Positions 17,618 through 29,073 of a stretch of DNA of 32,000 nucleotides are shown here, in pieces. The position numbers and the translations under genes were made by a program. The notes under the pieces are model-generated. The model was given only the letters and a program-made list of their open reading frames with translations, searched no databases and was not told the origin of the DNA. Numbering within the stretch: the stretch's first letter is position 1; every line of letters starts with the position of its first letter. The DNA comes from Mycoplasmoides pneumoniae FH (lineage in GTDB: Bacteria > Bacillota_I > Bacilli_A > Mycoplasmatales > Mycoplasmoidaceae): assembly GCF_001272835.1 (NCBI RefSeq), contig NZ_CP010546.1, forward strand, positions 785,208 through 817,207, written 5' to 3'.

Positions 17618-19052
17618 GAATAAATTCTTGAAGCAGCGCTAATACCTGAGTCTTACCGTGCAGCACCATGATGCCCGCCAAATCAGGACCATGCTCTTTG
17701 TTGGTAAAGATCAACCGTAGTGGCATAAACAGCTTTTTGCCCTTCAGATTAAACTGTTCACCAATTTGGGTTAAGGTACTTTTGACATTGTCCTTCGTCC
17801 AATCAGGTAGGGCTTGGAGTTGTTCACTCAGTTGTTGTAGGGCTGGTTGGAGCTCTTTGAAGAGTTCACGGTGCTTAACACTTAAATGCTGCACCCCTAA
17901 CTTGGGGGCAAAGGTTTCCTTAATCAGTTGGTTAATTTCAATGCCAAACGCTAGTTGGTTTTTGAACAACAGACTGACTTCTTTGCGCTTGTCCTTGAGG
18001 TAATCAAAGTCAATCGTTAAGTAGTTATCAATAAAGTTAAAGTAGGCATTATCACTCAACTCCTTAATGTAGTGCGCATTAATTCACTGGAGTTTCTTAA
18101 TGTCAAAGAAAGCGGGGGCGCCCACTACTCGATTGACCGTAAAGCTTTCAATTAGTTGGTTGATGGTAAAAAACTCGCGGTTAAAGTCCGAATTTCAACC
18201 CAGTAAGGCCAAGAAGTTTACCACCGCTTCTGGTAGGTAACCCTCTTGTTTGAACTGTTCAATGAACTGGATCGTTTTGGTATCACGCTTAGACAGTTTC
18301 TTGCCACTCTTGTCGACTATCACCGATAAATGACCAAAGCGGGGAATCTTTTGATAGCCTAAGGCTTGGTTAATTGCTAGTTGGTAAGCGGTGTTGGAAA
18401 TGTGTTCCGCCCCCCGCAACACATCGGTAATTTCCATGTCATGGTCATCAATGACTACGGCAAAGTTATACGTGGCAATGCCATTGGCCTTCAATAAAAC
18501 AATATCGGTGAGGGAGTTCCCGGGAATAGTAATCTTGCCCCGAACCTGGTCGTTTCAGGCAAACTCAGCGTCCTGGTTAATCTTTAAGCGAATCGTGAAG
18601 GGTACTTGGTTGTCTAAGTTTGTTTGAATGTGCTTGGAGTGTAAGTTGCGACACGTTCCCAAATACTTCGGGGTTTGGTGGTGTTCTAAAGCCAATTGGC
18701 GTTCGTGTTCTAACTTTTCTTTAGTACAGAAACAACGGTAGGCCAAACCCTTGCCCACAAGTTCATAAGCTAGTTTTTTGTAGGTAGCCAACTTTTGACT
18801 TTGGATGTAAGGCCCATAATTACCCGGGTTGTAAATTGATTCATCGGGAATAATTCCTAACCAGCGCAAGTTTTCTAGTTGTGATTCAATTCCCCCTTCC
18901 ACATTGCGCTCAGTGTCAGTGTCCTCAATCCGGATAATAAACTCGCCGTTAAAGTGTTTTGCTAACAAGAAGTTAAAGATAGCAGTACGCGCACCCCCAA
19001 CATGAAGGTAACCGGTAGGGGAAGGGGCATAACGGGTTCTAATCTTTTCCAT
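17598..19052 (-). CDS. gltX: glutamate-tRNA ligase, 484 aa
   Basis: Three same-frame track ORFs (17598-18059, 18195-18494, 18555-19052) are joined across TGA codons. [15 protein letters not shown] (HIGH region) and KLSKR (KMSKS). Confidence 0.96.
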
Positions 19053-19830
19053 CGCTTAAATGTGGTTTAAGGCTAAGATACAAACGAAACAACTGGGTCG
19101 GGGTTAACTCTTGGGCTCTAACCGTTGCCGCCAAGTCCTGTTGTTGTAAAACATTAGTTAACAAGGTGGGTGGGAGAAGCTGCTTGAGGTTATTGACTAA
19201 CAGCTTGCGGCGCTGGTGAAAACACTGTTTTAAGAACCGGCCAAAATGAGCTTCATAGGCTACTTGGGGTTTCTTTTTTAACAACATTAACACCGAATCC
19301 ACTTGGGGCTTGGGCTTAAAAGCAACCTTATCAATTTTAAAAACTGATTTAATTTGCAAATGGTATTGGCAAAACACACCAAAGGCACTATAGTTAGGCG
19401 AATTTACCGGTGCTACTAACCTTTGACCAAACTCCCACTGGCACACCAGCACAAATTGTTGTAGTTTGGAAGCCAAAAAGTTAGCAATCAAAGGGGAGCT
19501 AATACTGTAGGGAATGTTGCCACAAAGCAAAGGTATAGTGTCAGGAAAATACTGATCCAAGTTTTGTTTTAAGGCATCACCAATGGTTAGTTGTTCTTCA
19601 GTTAAGATTTCGTTGACCAAGAGGTATTCCGCTAAGCGTTTATCCAACTCTATGCCATGGTATGGTAGTTGTAACTTGAGTAAAGCCTTGGTTAACGCTC
19701 CCTTACCCGGCCCCACTTCAATTAAGGCCGTTGGGTTGAGACTCTTAATTAACCGACAGGTTTTGGCAATTACACTCTGGTCAACCGTAAAGTTTTGCCC
19801 TAATTTGCGTGAAGGATAAAAACTATTCAC
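19039..19830 (-). CDS. rsmA: 16S rRNA (adenine1518/1519-N6)-dimethyltransferase RsmA/KsgA, 263 aa
   Basis: LGQNF N-terminal motif, SAM-binding VGPGKGALT and NIPY. GTG start at 19828-30. Overlaps the gltX start by 14 nt. Confidence 0.9.
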
Positions 19831-20980
19831 GTTCTAACATTTGTTCTAATTTGGAATACGTTAACCGTCTTCTGGTACGCCTTTTAACAATAAAGAGGTG
19901 GGTTAGATAAGACTGGAGTAAGGTAAACAAGGCATTTAAGAACCAGTACACACCCACACCAGCGGCACTAAAAGCCGTAATAACAGCAAACACAAAGTAG
20001 AAAATTAACTGCATTCGCTTTGTTTTATTGAGCTGTTCAATGCTCTTTTGCGAATGCGCTTTAGCATTCTCATTGCGTTTGCTAGCCCAAATTTGGGGCA
20101 ACTTTTGCGAGATAAATTGCACTGGTAAAACAATGATTAAGAAGATAATAAAGGTTCACCCGGTACTGGTAAAGTTCGAGAAGATTTCCGTTAACGGTAC
20201 CTTAGATAAGTCCCAGAAGTTAAACAGGATAATCGCTTTAATTGGTCTTAAAGTCGTGACAATCCGGTAAATAATGAGGAAGATGGGTAAGGTAACAAAG
20301 ACCTGAACAAAGGAAGCAGAAGACTTAATGTTGTGCTTCTTGTACAAGGACATGATCTCCATCTGGCGGTTGCGTTTGCTCTGTAAGTCCAACGCCCCTT
20401 TGTACTTGGCATTAATTTCTGCTAATTTGCCCTGGACCTCGTTCATTTTTTCTAACGCCAGCGTGGAGTTGAGGGTAATCACTATGGTAATTAACCGTAC
20501 TAGGAACAACAACACAATCAAAGACAAGATCATGTTGAAGCCCAATTCCGGACCGCTACCTAGAGGAACCCTGGTAGCGTACATAATCGGCAACACTATT
20601 TGCGATGCTGGTCAGACAAACCAACCATAAAAGGGACCATACGCTAAGGTATAGTCACTAAAGGTAAAGTAGGGCCCCACATTATTGGACTGCAAGTCAT
20701 ACCGGTAGTCCCCCGTAGTACCAAAGTTATAACCAATTTCTAACCCCGAACCTAACAGTTGGTTGGTTCCCGTTCAGGGCTGTGCTAGGGTTTGGGTACA
20801 ACCCCATAAACCTACTATGGTTAAAAAGATAAAGATCGCTACTTTAAGGACTTTAAAGATAATGCCCCAGGCCTTTTTGAGATTTTTGAGGCCGTTCTTT
20901 TCGTTAACAACGGCCGCTGATCAAAAAGGGTTAAAGGTGGTTTTGAGCTCTTTATGCTTCTTATTTAGGTTTAGGGGCAT
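19823..20980 (-). CDS. yidC: membrane protein insertase YidC/Oxa1 family, 385 aa
   Basis: Track ORFs 19823-20122 and 20156-20596 plus an upstream segment are joined across TGA at 20156, 20612, 20774 and 20921. ATG at 20978-80. Multi-TM with a basic C-terminal tail. Classic rpmH-rnpA-yidC order. Confidence 0.88.
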
Positions 20981-21317
20981 CGAGTTCTTGGAGCTTTTGG
21001 CAAAGGTTTAAAAAGATCGTTTGCTTTTCTTTAAATGTTAATTCAAGGAAGCCTTGATTAATAATAACCAAAACATCAACAGCGTTTAAATTGCAAAACT
21101 GTTCCCGCATGATCGCTTTAACTTGCCGTCGAATTAAGTTGCGCTCAACCGCTAACTTGTATTTGGTCTTTGATATCGAAACCGCTGCCCTTCAAGTGCG
21201 GACGCGGTTCGGCATAAAGTAGGCCATCAAAAAGGTCGAGAAGAAGCGTCTTTTACTCCTTAGAAGGGCAGCAAATACTTTACGATCACGGAGGTGGTGC
21301 TTGGTCTTAGCGCTCAC
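20961..21317 (-). CDS. rnpA: ribonuclease P protein component, about 118 aa
   Basis: Not in the track because of a non-ATG start and an internal TGA. From GTG 21315-17 it reads [15 protein letters not shown]...[19 protein letters not shown]...; RNLIRRQ is the RNR-type motif. TAA at 20961-63. The start codon is uncertain. Confidence 0.8.
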
Positions 21318-21453
21318 TGGATACGGTGAGTTGGGCGCGTTGTTTTTTTCTTCTTAACTTCAATACTTTACGACCAGAAGCAGTGGCCATGCGAGCTAAA
21401 AAGCCATGGGTTTTTGCTCGCTTTAATTTACTTGGTTGATATGTACGTTTCAT
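21307..21453 (-). CDS. rpmH: 50S ribosomal protein L34, 48 aa
   Basis: Too short to appear in the track. [48 protein letters not shown] is the canonical L34 sequence. Confidence 0.95.
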
Positions 21454-21468
21454 GATACAGCGCTAAGT

Positions 21469-21474
21469 ATTATA
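21469..21474 (-). promoter_or_regulatory. -10 box TATAAT upstream of rpmH
   Basis: Reverse complement of 21469-21474 is TATAAT, 15 nt upstream of the rpmH ATG and directly after the TAG of the upstream ATPase gene. Confidence 0.4.
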
Positions 21475-21475
21475 A

Positions 21476-22495
21476 CTAAGATAAAGGACGCACCAATTCG
21501 TTAGACACTATCTTACCATCGGAGATCTTAATGATCCTGTTAGCGATCCGCGTTAACGTTTCATCGTGGGTCACCATTAGAATAGTTTGCTTATATTCCT
21601 TATTGATTGCTTGTAATAAGGCAATAATGTTTTCGGCTGAATTACTGTCTAAAGCCCCCGTAGGTTCGTCACAGAGCAACAAGCGCGGTTCTTTAATAAT
21701 GGCACGGGCAATCGCCACCCGTTGCTTTTGACCCCCCGACATCTCGTACGGAAACTTGTACAAGATTTCCTTAATGTCGAGTTTAGCCGCTAACTCCTCG
21801 ATGTCTAAGTGGCGTTGTTCTTTAGGAATTAGGTTTTGCGAGATGGCAATGTTGTCATACGCACTTAAGAGTTCTATGAGGTTATAGCGTTGGTACACAT
21901 AACCCAGGTTTAACTTGCGGTAAGTTAAGAGCTGTTCGGTGGTACATTTTTCCAAGGGACAATTGGCCACCACACAGCTGCCCAAAGAAATTGAGTCATA
22001 ACCGCCTATTAGGTTTAAAAGGGTAGTTTTCCCCGAACCTGATGGACCTAAAATAATCACAATTTCCCCATAACCGATTTCTAGAGAAACATCGGATAAG
22101 ATAGCAATCTGTTCCTTGGAGTCCTCCCCGTGAACGTGCTTTCACATCTTGTCAATCGAGATCACCATCCCTTGTTTTTGCTCGACATAAGGAGTGCGGT
22201 AGGGGGCTTCCAGTTTTTCCTTTCACTGGGAGATCAACCCACCCTGCTTTTTCGGTTTTTTGGGTTTAGGTGCCTTGGTGGTCTTCGTGGGTTTAACTTG
22301 TTCCGGTTTAACTGCTTTCGCCTTCGGTTCCTTAACTTTTTTCACCTTAGCGGGTTTGGCCTTCTTTGTTTTCTTGTCTGATGCTAAATAATACTCAAAG
22401 GTGGCCTTAAAGCTGTTGGCCTTAACGTTTTCTAATATATCAACACACTCGTCCCAGACAAGTTCTTTCTCGGTTTTCTTTTCTGTATCTTTCAT
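21476..22495 (-). CDS. ABC transporter ATP-binding protein with Lys/Pro/Ala-rich N-terminal extension (MG467-like), 339 aa
   Basis: Track ORFs 22223-22495 and 21476-22060 are in the same frame and joined across TGA at 22223-25 and 22142-44. Walker A GPSGSGKTT, signature [14 protein letters not shown], Walker B LLLCDEPTGALD. Confidence 0.9.
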
Positions 22496-22496
22496 C

Positions 22497-25400
22497 CTAG
22501 AAGCCCTCCTTTAGTTCCGCTGAACGCAGTTTAATTCAGAAGTAAGAACCTATTACAAAGATGGTAGCACCAAACAGGACTATCCCCACCATGTAAGGTA
22601 AGAATTCAAACACGTTGGTTAAAAAGACCTGGGCAACCCCAAAGACTAGGGCTTGTACTCCTACTAGTAACCCAGCTAAGATAGCAATCGAGATTAATAA
22701 CGAAAGTACAAAAGCGGGAATAAAGAAGCACAAGAGACTAACTAAGTTTTGACTATCTTTGTAACCAATCGATTTTAAGGAAATAAAGATCCGTTTCATT
22801 TCCTCTAACATCGAGATCCCCAAGACCACACAGGTAATAAAGATAAAGGGAATAATGGTGCCCAACAAGAACCCATCAACTTGGTTCACGGTATTAAACA
22901 ACACCTCAGCATTATTCCTGATAATTTGAGCACTAGCACCAGCGGCATCTAATTTGAGAGCTGGCACCATGATGTTATCGCCAAAGATACCTCTAGCACC
23001 ACTAGCTAATGATTGAGTTGAAGATCATTCGCTCGTATATTTTTCGATAACCTTTTTTCTGAGGTTTTCATAGGTCATGCTATCCACACCATTCTCACCC
23101 TTTTCCTTAGCCAACTGCTTTAAGATATCCGGATCACTTGGTAAGATTGAGGTAATAATCTTGTTTTCCTTACCCTTAACGAGGTTAGTAAAGTTATTAC
23201 CAAAATCCGTAAAGTTACCCCAGACACCAATGTTGGAGTTAAGTACTAGCGCTTTACTTACCAAAGAAGGGTTGAGTTCCTTGGAGAAGACCCCGTTAAA
23301 GGGAACATAACCAGTTGGCTTGACGTACTCAATCTTGTACTTGTCTTTGGTGGTAGAAGAGGTACTTCCACCCCCACAAGAGCCACCGCCAGACGAAGTA
23401 CCACCGCTATCATCGGTGGATTGGCCGTCCTTCACCACATCCTTAATGACCCCGCGGCCATCAAAGCCATTGAGCTTTAACAAGCGGTTGGCAATGTTTT
23501 GGTTAATATACAACTCTTGGCCAAAGGCATCGGTAGATACCCCGACAACCCGGAACTTCACGGTTGGTGTTTTAGGTGGGCTCTTTAAGAACTTCTCTGA
23601 ATAGCGGGTCGCAGTGTTCTTGGGTTGAATAAAGATGAAGTCCCCGATCTTGGTGTTATTAGCGTACTGAAAGCCAGCGTTGACAATGACATTCATCTCA
23701 CTGTCAGAGCTAATTAAGCTCCTCAAGGAGTTACCACCGCTGTCAGTGAGGTTGACAAACTTGGAATCGGGACTAATTCCCGTTAAGGTGTAAGGGGAAT
23801 CAGGATTCAACTCGGTTTCCTTAAAACCAAATGGTCCTTGAACATAGGTGTATGTCTCCTCTATTTGTGGATCAACCGGGACAATCCCGTACGTTAACTT
23901 CGAGTCTTGGTAGGACAACTCCGGATCACCATAGACCTTAGTAAGGAATTTAAGGAATTGTTCGTTAAATTTAACTCCACCAGGATTGAAGACGTTAATC
24001 TGGGTTAATACCCTAGCGGCATCCAACTGAATAAAGTTAGTCCGAGGGTTGCGGGTTAAGAAACCATTATTGTTGAGGTTATTAAAGTAGTCATCAGTAA
24101 GAACCGCAATTAAAAACTGGTCACTGGAAGCCGATAACAATTGGGTAATTTGTTTAGGAATGGACTTCTCGACAATTTCCCACGGGTTAATGTTGGCACC
24201 ACCAACGCGAATTGGGAAGTCAATGAGCCACTTCGACAACGAAGCATGACGGAAGAAGTTTTCGTCAGTGTTTAATTGTTGGGCACCACCAAAACTTGGG
24301 AGAAGGAGGTTACCGAGTTCGATTTCCTTACCATTATGCTTGATTGGGTTTCCGCCCCTATCACTAATCTTTAACTCTTTGAGGTTGTATGGGTGTTCTT
24401 TGTCGTTGCCTTGCTGTTGTTGCTGCTGTTGCTGTTGCTGAATTTGATCACCCTTATCTTTATACAAGGCCTTAATCCCCAAACTATCATCAGTTTGACC
24501 AAACCGGGAGTAGGGTTGGATTGCATACCAGCCGGATTGTTCTGTGGGGGTTTGCAAGTTCAACCTATAGTTAAAGTTGCGGTTTAAAACGGTGTTGGAC
24601 TGCGCTGCCCCAAACTTTTGCGGGATGGTACCGGCAATCCCAATTAAAAGCAGGGCAATCGAACTTAACCCCACATAGGTAAATAACCGCGATAACCGGG
24701 AAATAATCAAGGACACCCGGAATTTACCCAAGGGAGTCATGGTGTAACTCTTGCGCTTTAATAAGTGCAAGAAGACCGAGAACTTGGTTTCATTACCCTG
24801 GTCAATCAGGACATTAACCGGTTTACTAAAGAGCTGTTTAAAGGCTATTCAGCTAATAAACTGGAAGATCACAAAGATCAACAGCATTGATCCAAAGAAG
24901 GAAATCCAGTTAAAGCTGTTGGCCGGTAGGGCTATAAACCAATACCTGGAGATAATCCCCTTAACTTGTCTTTCTAAAAGGAAGGCAAATAAGACCCCAA
25001 AGAAGGATGAGGCCAAGGCTACTATGCCGGCAAACACACTCATGCCGGCAATAAACTTGGCTGTGGAGAACCCACCAGCGCGGATAATTGAGAACTCCGT
25101 TTGGTTCTTCTTAATAAAAGACTTAATTAAGAGAATGGTGAGGTATAAGGCCAAGATGGATAAGAAGGCCGCAATGACCACACTGGCAATGGCTAAATAG
25201 TTCTGCACTAAGTCCGGGAAATAGTTCCGGGCTGTAGTTAAGTACTGGAACTTGGAGATGTCCTTAACGTTAAAGGCGAGATCACTGTCAGGGACGTTGA
25301 GATAGCCCTTTAACTTAGAGGCCACCACCTGGATCGGATCTTGGCCAGGGAACTTCGCTTTAATGTCATCCGACTTAAAGGCGTAGTAGTTCTCCTCACT

Positions 25401-28145
25401 AGCAGCAGGCACAGCAAACAAGACACTGCGGTATCCCTGCTCATTGAGAAAGATTAAGCCTTCATCCTGGGAGTTGGGCAGCGGTGAGTTTGTGGACAAT
25501 ACCGGATAACCGGTTTCTACCGACTCCCCAACCCCTAGAATGGCAAAGGTTAACCCGTTAATTGAGAACTTGTATTTGTCCGGTAAGTCATTTAACCAGT
25601 TGGGTAAATTCTTCGGGTTTTCTAACGCTTCTTTTCAGGAGTATTCCCCTTCTAAAGGTAATACTTCCTTGTCGTGTTTAAATAACCATTGCTGGGATAC
25701 CACCGCACCGTGGGCTTCCGGGGTTTGGACTACCAAGGACTGTTGGTCGGTGGGTAGTGTTAACGGGTTAACCCCGTTTTTAAAGATAATCGGGATATCT
25801 AACTTTTGGCGGTTAGTTACTACCAGTTCATTCGGATCTTGAAACTCCGGGGTAAAGTAACTCAATAAAGCAACATAGTTGTTAGCGGCTTTACTCTTAC
25901 CTGTATCATCTAAAGCCTCAAAGCCTTTTTTATCTAATGTAGACCACTGCTTAATGGCATTGGTTAAGGTATCAGGAATACTGGAAGCCTCGGGGAGTTG
26001 GGCTTGGGCTAAGATGTTAGCTAGTTTGGGGTAGATTTGGAATTTGGTAGAAGTACTCTTAGTATCACCAGTTGAAGAGGAGCTGGAGGAAGAAGATGCA
26101 TCTGCTAACTGGGTTAAAGAGTCCGTTGTGCCTTGCGTAGTTTTGGCTGCTGCTTTTTTCTTTTCATCTGTTTGAGTAGGCTTAAACTCATACTCAACCT
26201 TTTCCAAGAAGCCTTCACTGTTACTCTTGCCCCCATATACCATGTCTAAAGGATTGCTTTTTTCCTTGGCAAGCCAAGACTTAAAGTCAATCCCTTCAAT
26301 AATAGAAAGGTCGTTGTACTTCTGGGAATCCTTATTGGAGACCAAGAAGGAAGCGGATTCTTCGGAGCTAACATTGGTAGCAATCGCTAAGTTTTGCCGG
26401 GAAAACTCCAATTCCTTTAAGGCTTTCGCCTTTAAGAAGGCATCGCGGTATTTTTCTAATAACGCGGTGACCTTCTTCACCAGGTCTTCCTGGAAGATGC
26501 TTTTTCATTGGTGTAAAAGGGCAGCATAAACGTTATTTAAATTCTTTTGCGGAGTGTGGTTTTCGGTGCCAATTTTGTCGAATTCAGTTTGGACATCACT
26601 AAAAGTTGGATCTTTTACACCGTCATCTGCACTACTTTCCTGCTTATCTTGTTGTTGCTGAGCCAACGCAACGTTCGTTTGTTGTAATTGCGGCTTGAAA
26701 GAAACAGAAGAGCGAAGTGCAATCAAGCTAGAGGGATTGCTCTGAGTGCCAGACTTAGCATCGCCTGATTGTGTACTAAAAATCGTATTCTTATCACTAT
26801 TACTAAACCCCGGTAAAGAATCTAAGATCGTTTCCTTTTCGGCTTTAACCTTATTTTTGAGCCAGTCCTTATTGATGTTAAGCTCAAACGATTTGAGGCT
26901 ATTAATCTTCTTCTTGAGGTTATAGTCACCAAAGGAAGAACCGCTAGAAATAGTTTCTGCTTGCTTTTCTAATCAGTCAAATTCTTCCTTATCTAAATGA
27001 GATAACTTACTTGTATCTAAAGTAAAAGTTAAGGAGAAAGATTGTTTTTCTTTTTCCTCTTTTTCTTTTTGGAAGACCTCTATTATTTCTTTAAAGGGAT
27101 TAGTCTCTAACCAAAACTGGGAACCCGGACTAATCGGGAGCACAATAGGTACATTAGCGTACAGATTGGGAAACCAGTTAGCAGCTTCTTGCCCTCCGGT
27201 AAATAGATAAGAGGTACTTAGTTTACTGGTTTCGCTTTCTCCACTGCTACTACCAGCTTGAGTTTCATCACTTTTAAACCAAACTTTGTCTTTATTATTG
27301 GTAGTGTATTGTTCTTCTACATTACTATCTTTTTTGGGCTCCTCGTTATTTGTGGTTTCTTTAGCATCAGTCATCTTGGCCTGAGCTGCTAACGGTTGTA
27401 AAACTGTTGTGGCACTACTCGCTTGCTTGATTTCTGATTCTTTTTTAGTAGTTTTCTTATCCTCACCCTTCCCTTTATCACCAGGAAAGCGAGCAATCCC
27501 AGCGCGCAGGGGAATCCCATCCAGAATTAAACCATCGACAAAGTAACCTAAAAGGTTACCTTCTTTGTCATAAATCAGGTTTTGGGGATCGGAAACCGTA
27601 TTTTGGTTTAAGTTATTACTTTCTTGATCGGTTCCAGTAAAAGAATAGGTATTTTGAAAGGAAACAGCTAAACCCTTATAGATCCGTTTTTCGGCAATGT
27701 TGGCTTCCCCGTAAGCTTTCAAAATGCCTCTTTTACGAGCTAAAAAGAGTTTGTCTTTATCGTTAACATCACCTTTTCGTGGGTTATTATCTGATGATTT
27801 GGTGGTTGAATCTTTCTTTTCAGAATCACTCCCAAAATCAGATTCTTGGTAGGGCCAGATAAAGTTAATCTTCTTTTCGGTTAACTTGATTTTGGAAAAA
27901 TGTCTTTTTTCTTCTTTAAGTTCCGTTTTATACACCGGACTACTTTCTTTAAAGATAGCCGGTGCTACTATGTCAGAAGAATTCGTTTTTTGAACAAGGG
28001 CAGTATAAGTATTAACAAGGTTATTACTTAACTGAAGAATCGACGTTTCCAGGAAGATAATGCTGAAAAGGACGAAAATAATCCCAAAAAGTAAAAAGAA
28101 GAACTTTTTGAGTGACTTAAAGATCTGTTTAAAAAACGAAAACAT
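22497..28145 (-). CDS. giant tandem FtsX/MacB-type ABC permease (MG468-like), 1882 aa
   Basis: Six same-frame track ORFs are joined across TGA at 26973, 26505, 25635, 24849, 23025 and 22536. I checked the five gaps between the six fragments by hand and found no TAA or TAG. Real stop TAG at 22497-99. The layout is TM + large loop + 3 TM, twice. Confidence 0.9.
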
Positions 28146-28150
28146 TTAGT

Positions 28151-29005
28151 TTAAACTCAGTTAATTTCGTTAATAGTCTTGGGTCTTTGGTTAAGATAAT
28201 CAGCCACAATCTTGCCATCGTGGATCTTAATGACCCGTTTAGCTAGCTCCACAATCTTTTCATTGTGGGTAACTAATACTATAGTAGTGCCCTTATCGCG
28301 GTTATACTCCACAAAGAACTGGAGGATCTTTTTGGAAATATCCACGTTAACAGCACCAGTTGGCTCATCACCAAATAAAATACGCGGCTCTTTGATTAGT
28401 GCCCGCGCAATTGCTACCCGTTGTTGTTGTCCCCCAGAGAGCTTGGTAATCTTTTTATTACGGTGCTCTTTGAGCTCCAACCGCTCTAACAGCTCTTCCA
28501 AATTGTTGTTATGGCGCTTTTTAAAGGGAACTGCCAGTTTAATGTTGTCATCAACGTTCAGATCCCTTAAAAGGCCATACTGTTGGAATATATAACCTAC
28601 GTTTTTATTCCGTAGTGATGTTAATTGGGCATCATTACAACAAATAGTACTCCTACCACACACAAAACTCACCCCGCTAGTAGGTCGGTCTAGGGCGGAG
28701 ATTAAAGAGAGTAAACTAGTCTTACCAGAACCAGATTTACCCAAAATAACCACAAACTCCCCAGGGGCAATTTTGAGATCAATGTGATCACAGATTAACT
28801 GGTTTGTGATCCCATTGGTCACTGCCTTACAAACGCCCTTGAACAAAACATCGTAATGTTTAGCCTCAGGGTCTTTGTAGTGCCGTCTTTTAGGGTGCTT
28901 CTTATTTAACTTAACGATTAGCTTTGACGCTTTTTTACTTTGACAAAAATCGGGTCATTGCAAACAATAATCGAGGCTTCGTTTATTTTTAGCATTTAAA
29001 GACAT
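28151..29005 (-). CDS. ABC transporter ATP-binding protein with basic N-terminal extension (MG468.1-like), 284 aa
   Basis: ATG 29003-05, passing TGA at 28955-57 and 28157-59, to TAA 28151-53. Walker [10 protein letters not shown], signature [14 protein letters not shown], Walker [13 protein letters not shown]. Confidence 0.88.
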
Positions 29006-29061
29006 TGAAACATGTCAGGTTTAACAACGGGACAGGCCAGTTTCAATTAAACACTTAAAGA

Positions 29062-29067
29062 ATTATA
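29062..29067 (-). promoter_or_regulatory. -10 box TATAAT upstream of the ABC operon
   Basis: Reverse complement of 29062-29067 is TATAAT, in the 68-bp spacer after the dnaA stop and about 57 nt upstream of ATG 29005. Confidence 0.3.
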
Positions 29068-29073
29068 AAAGGA

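Noticed and set aside
20763-21011. 82-aa plus-strand ORF, and 22130-22381 plus-strand ORF.
   Set aside because: They are antisense to the table-4 N-terminus of yidC/rnpA and to the Lys-rich extension of the ATPase. They appear only because those regions were unassigned in the standard-code track.
24411-24440. The poly-Gln tract as a slipped-strand contingency locus.
   Set aside because: The ten codons are an irregular CAA/CAG mixture, and any length change of whole codons stays in frame, so at most size polymorphism is expected. It is kept only as a low-interest note.
29006-29073. DnaA-box cluster or oriC in the spacers flanking dnaA and upstream of soj.
   Set aside because: No 9-mer close to TTATCCACA is visible in 29006-29073 or 31945-32000. 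The spacers are too short, and the origin probably lies outside the window.
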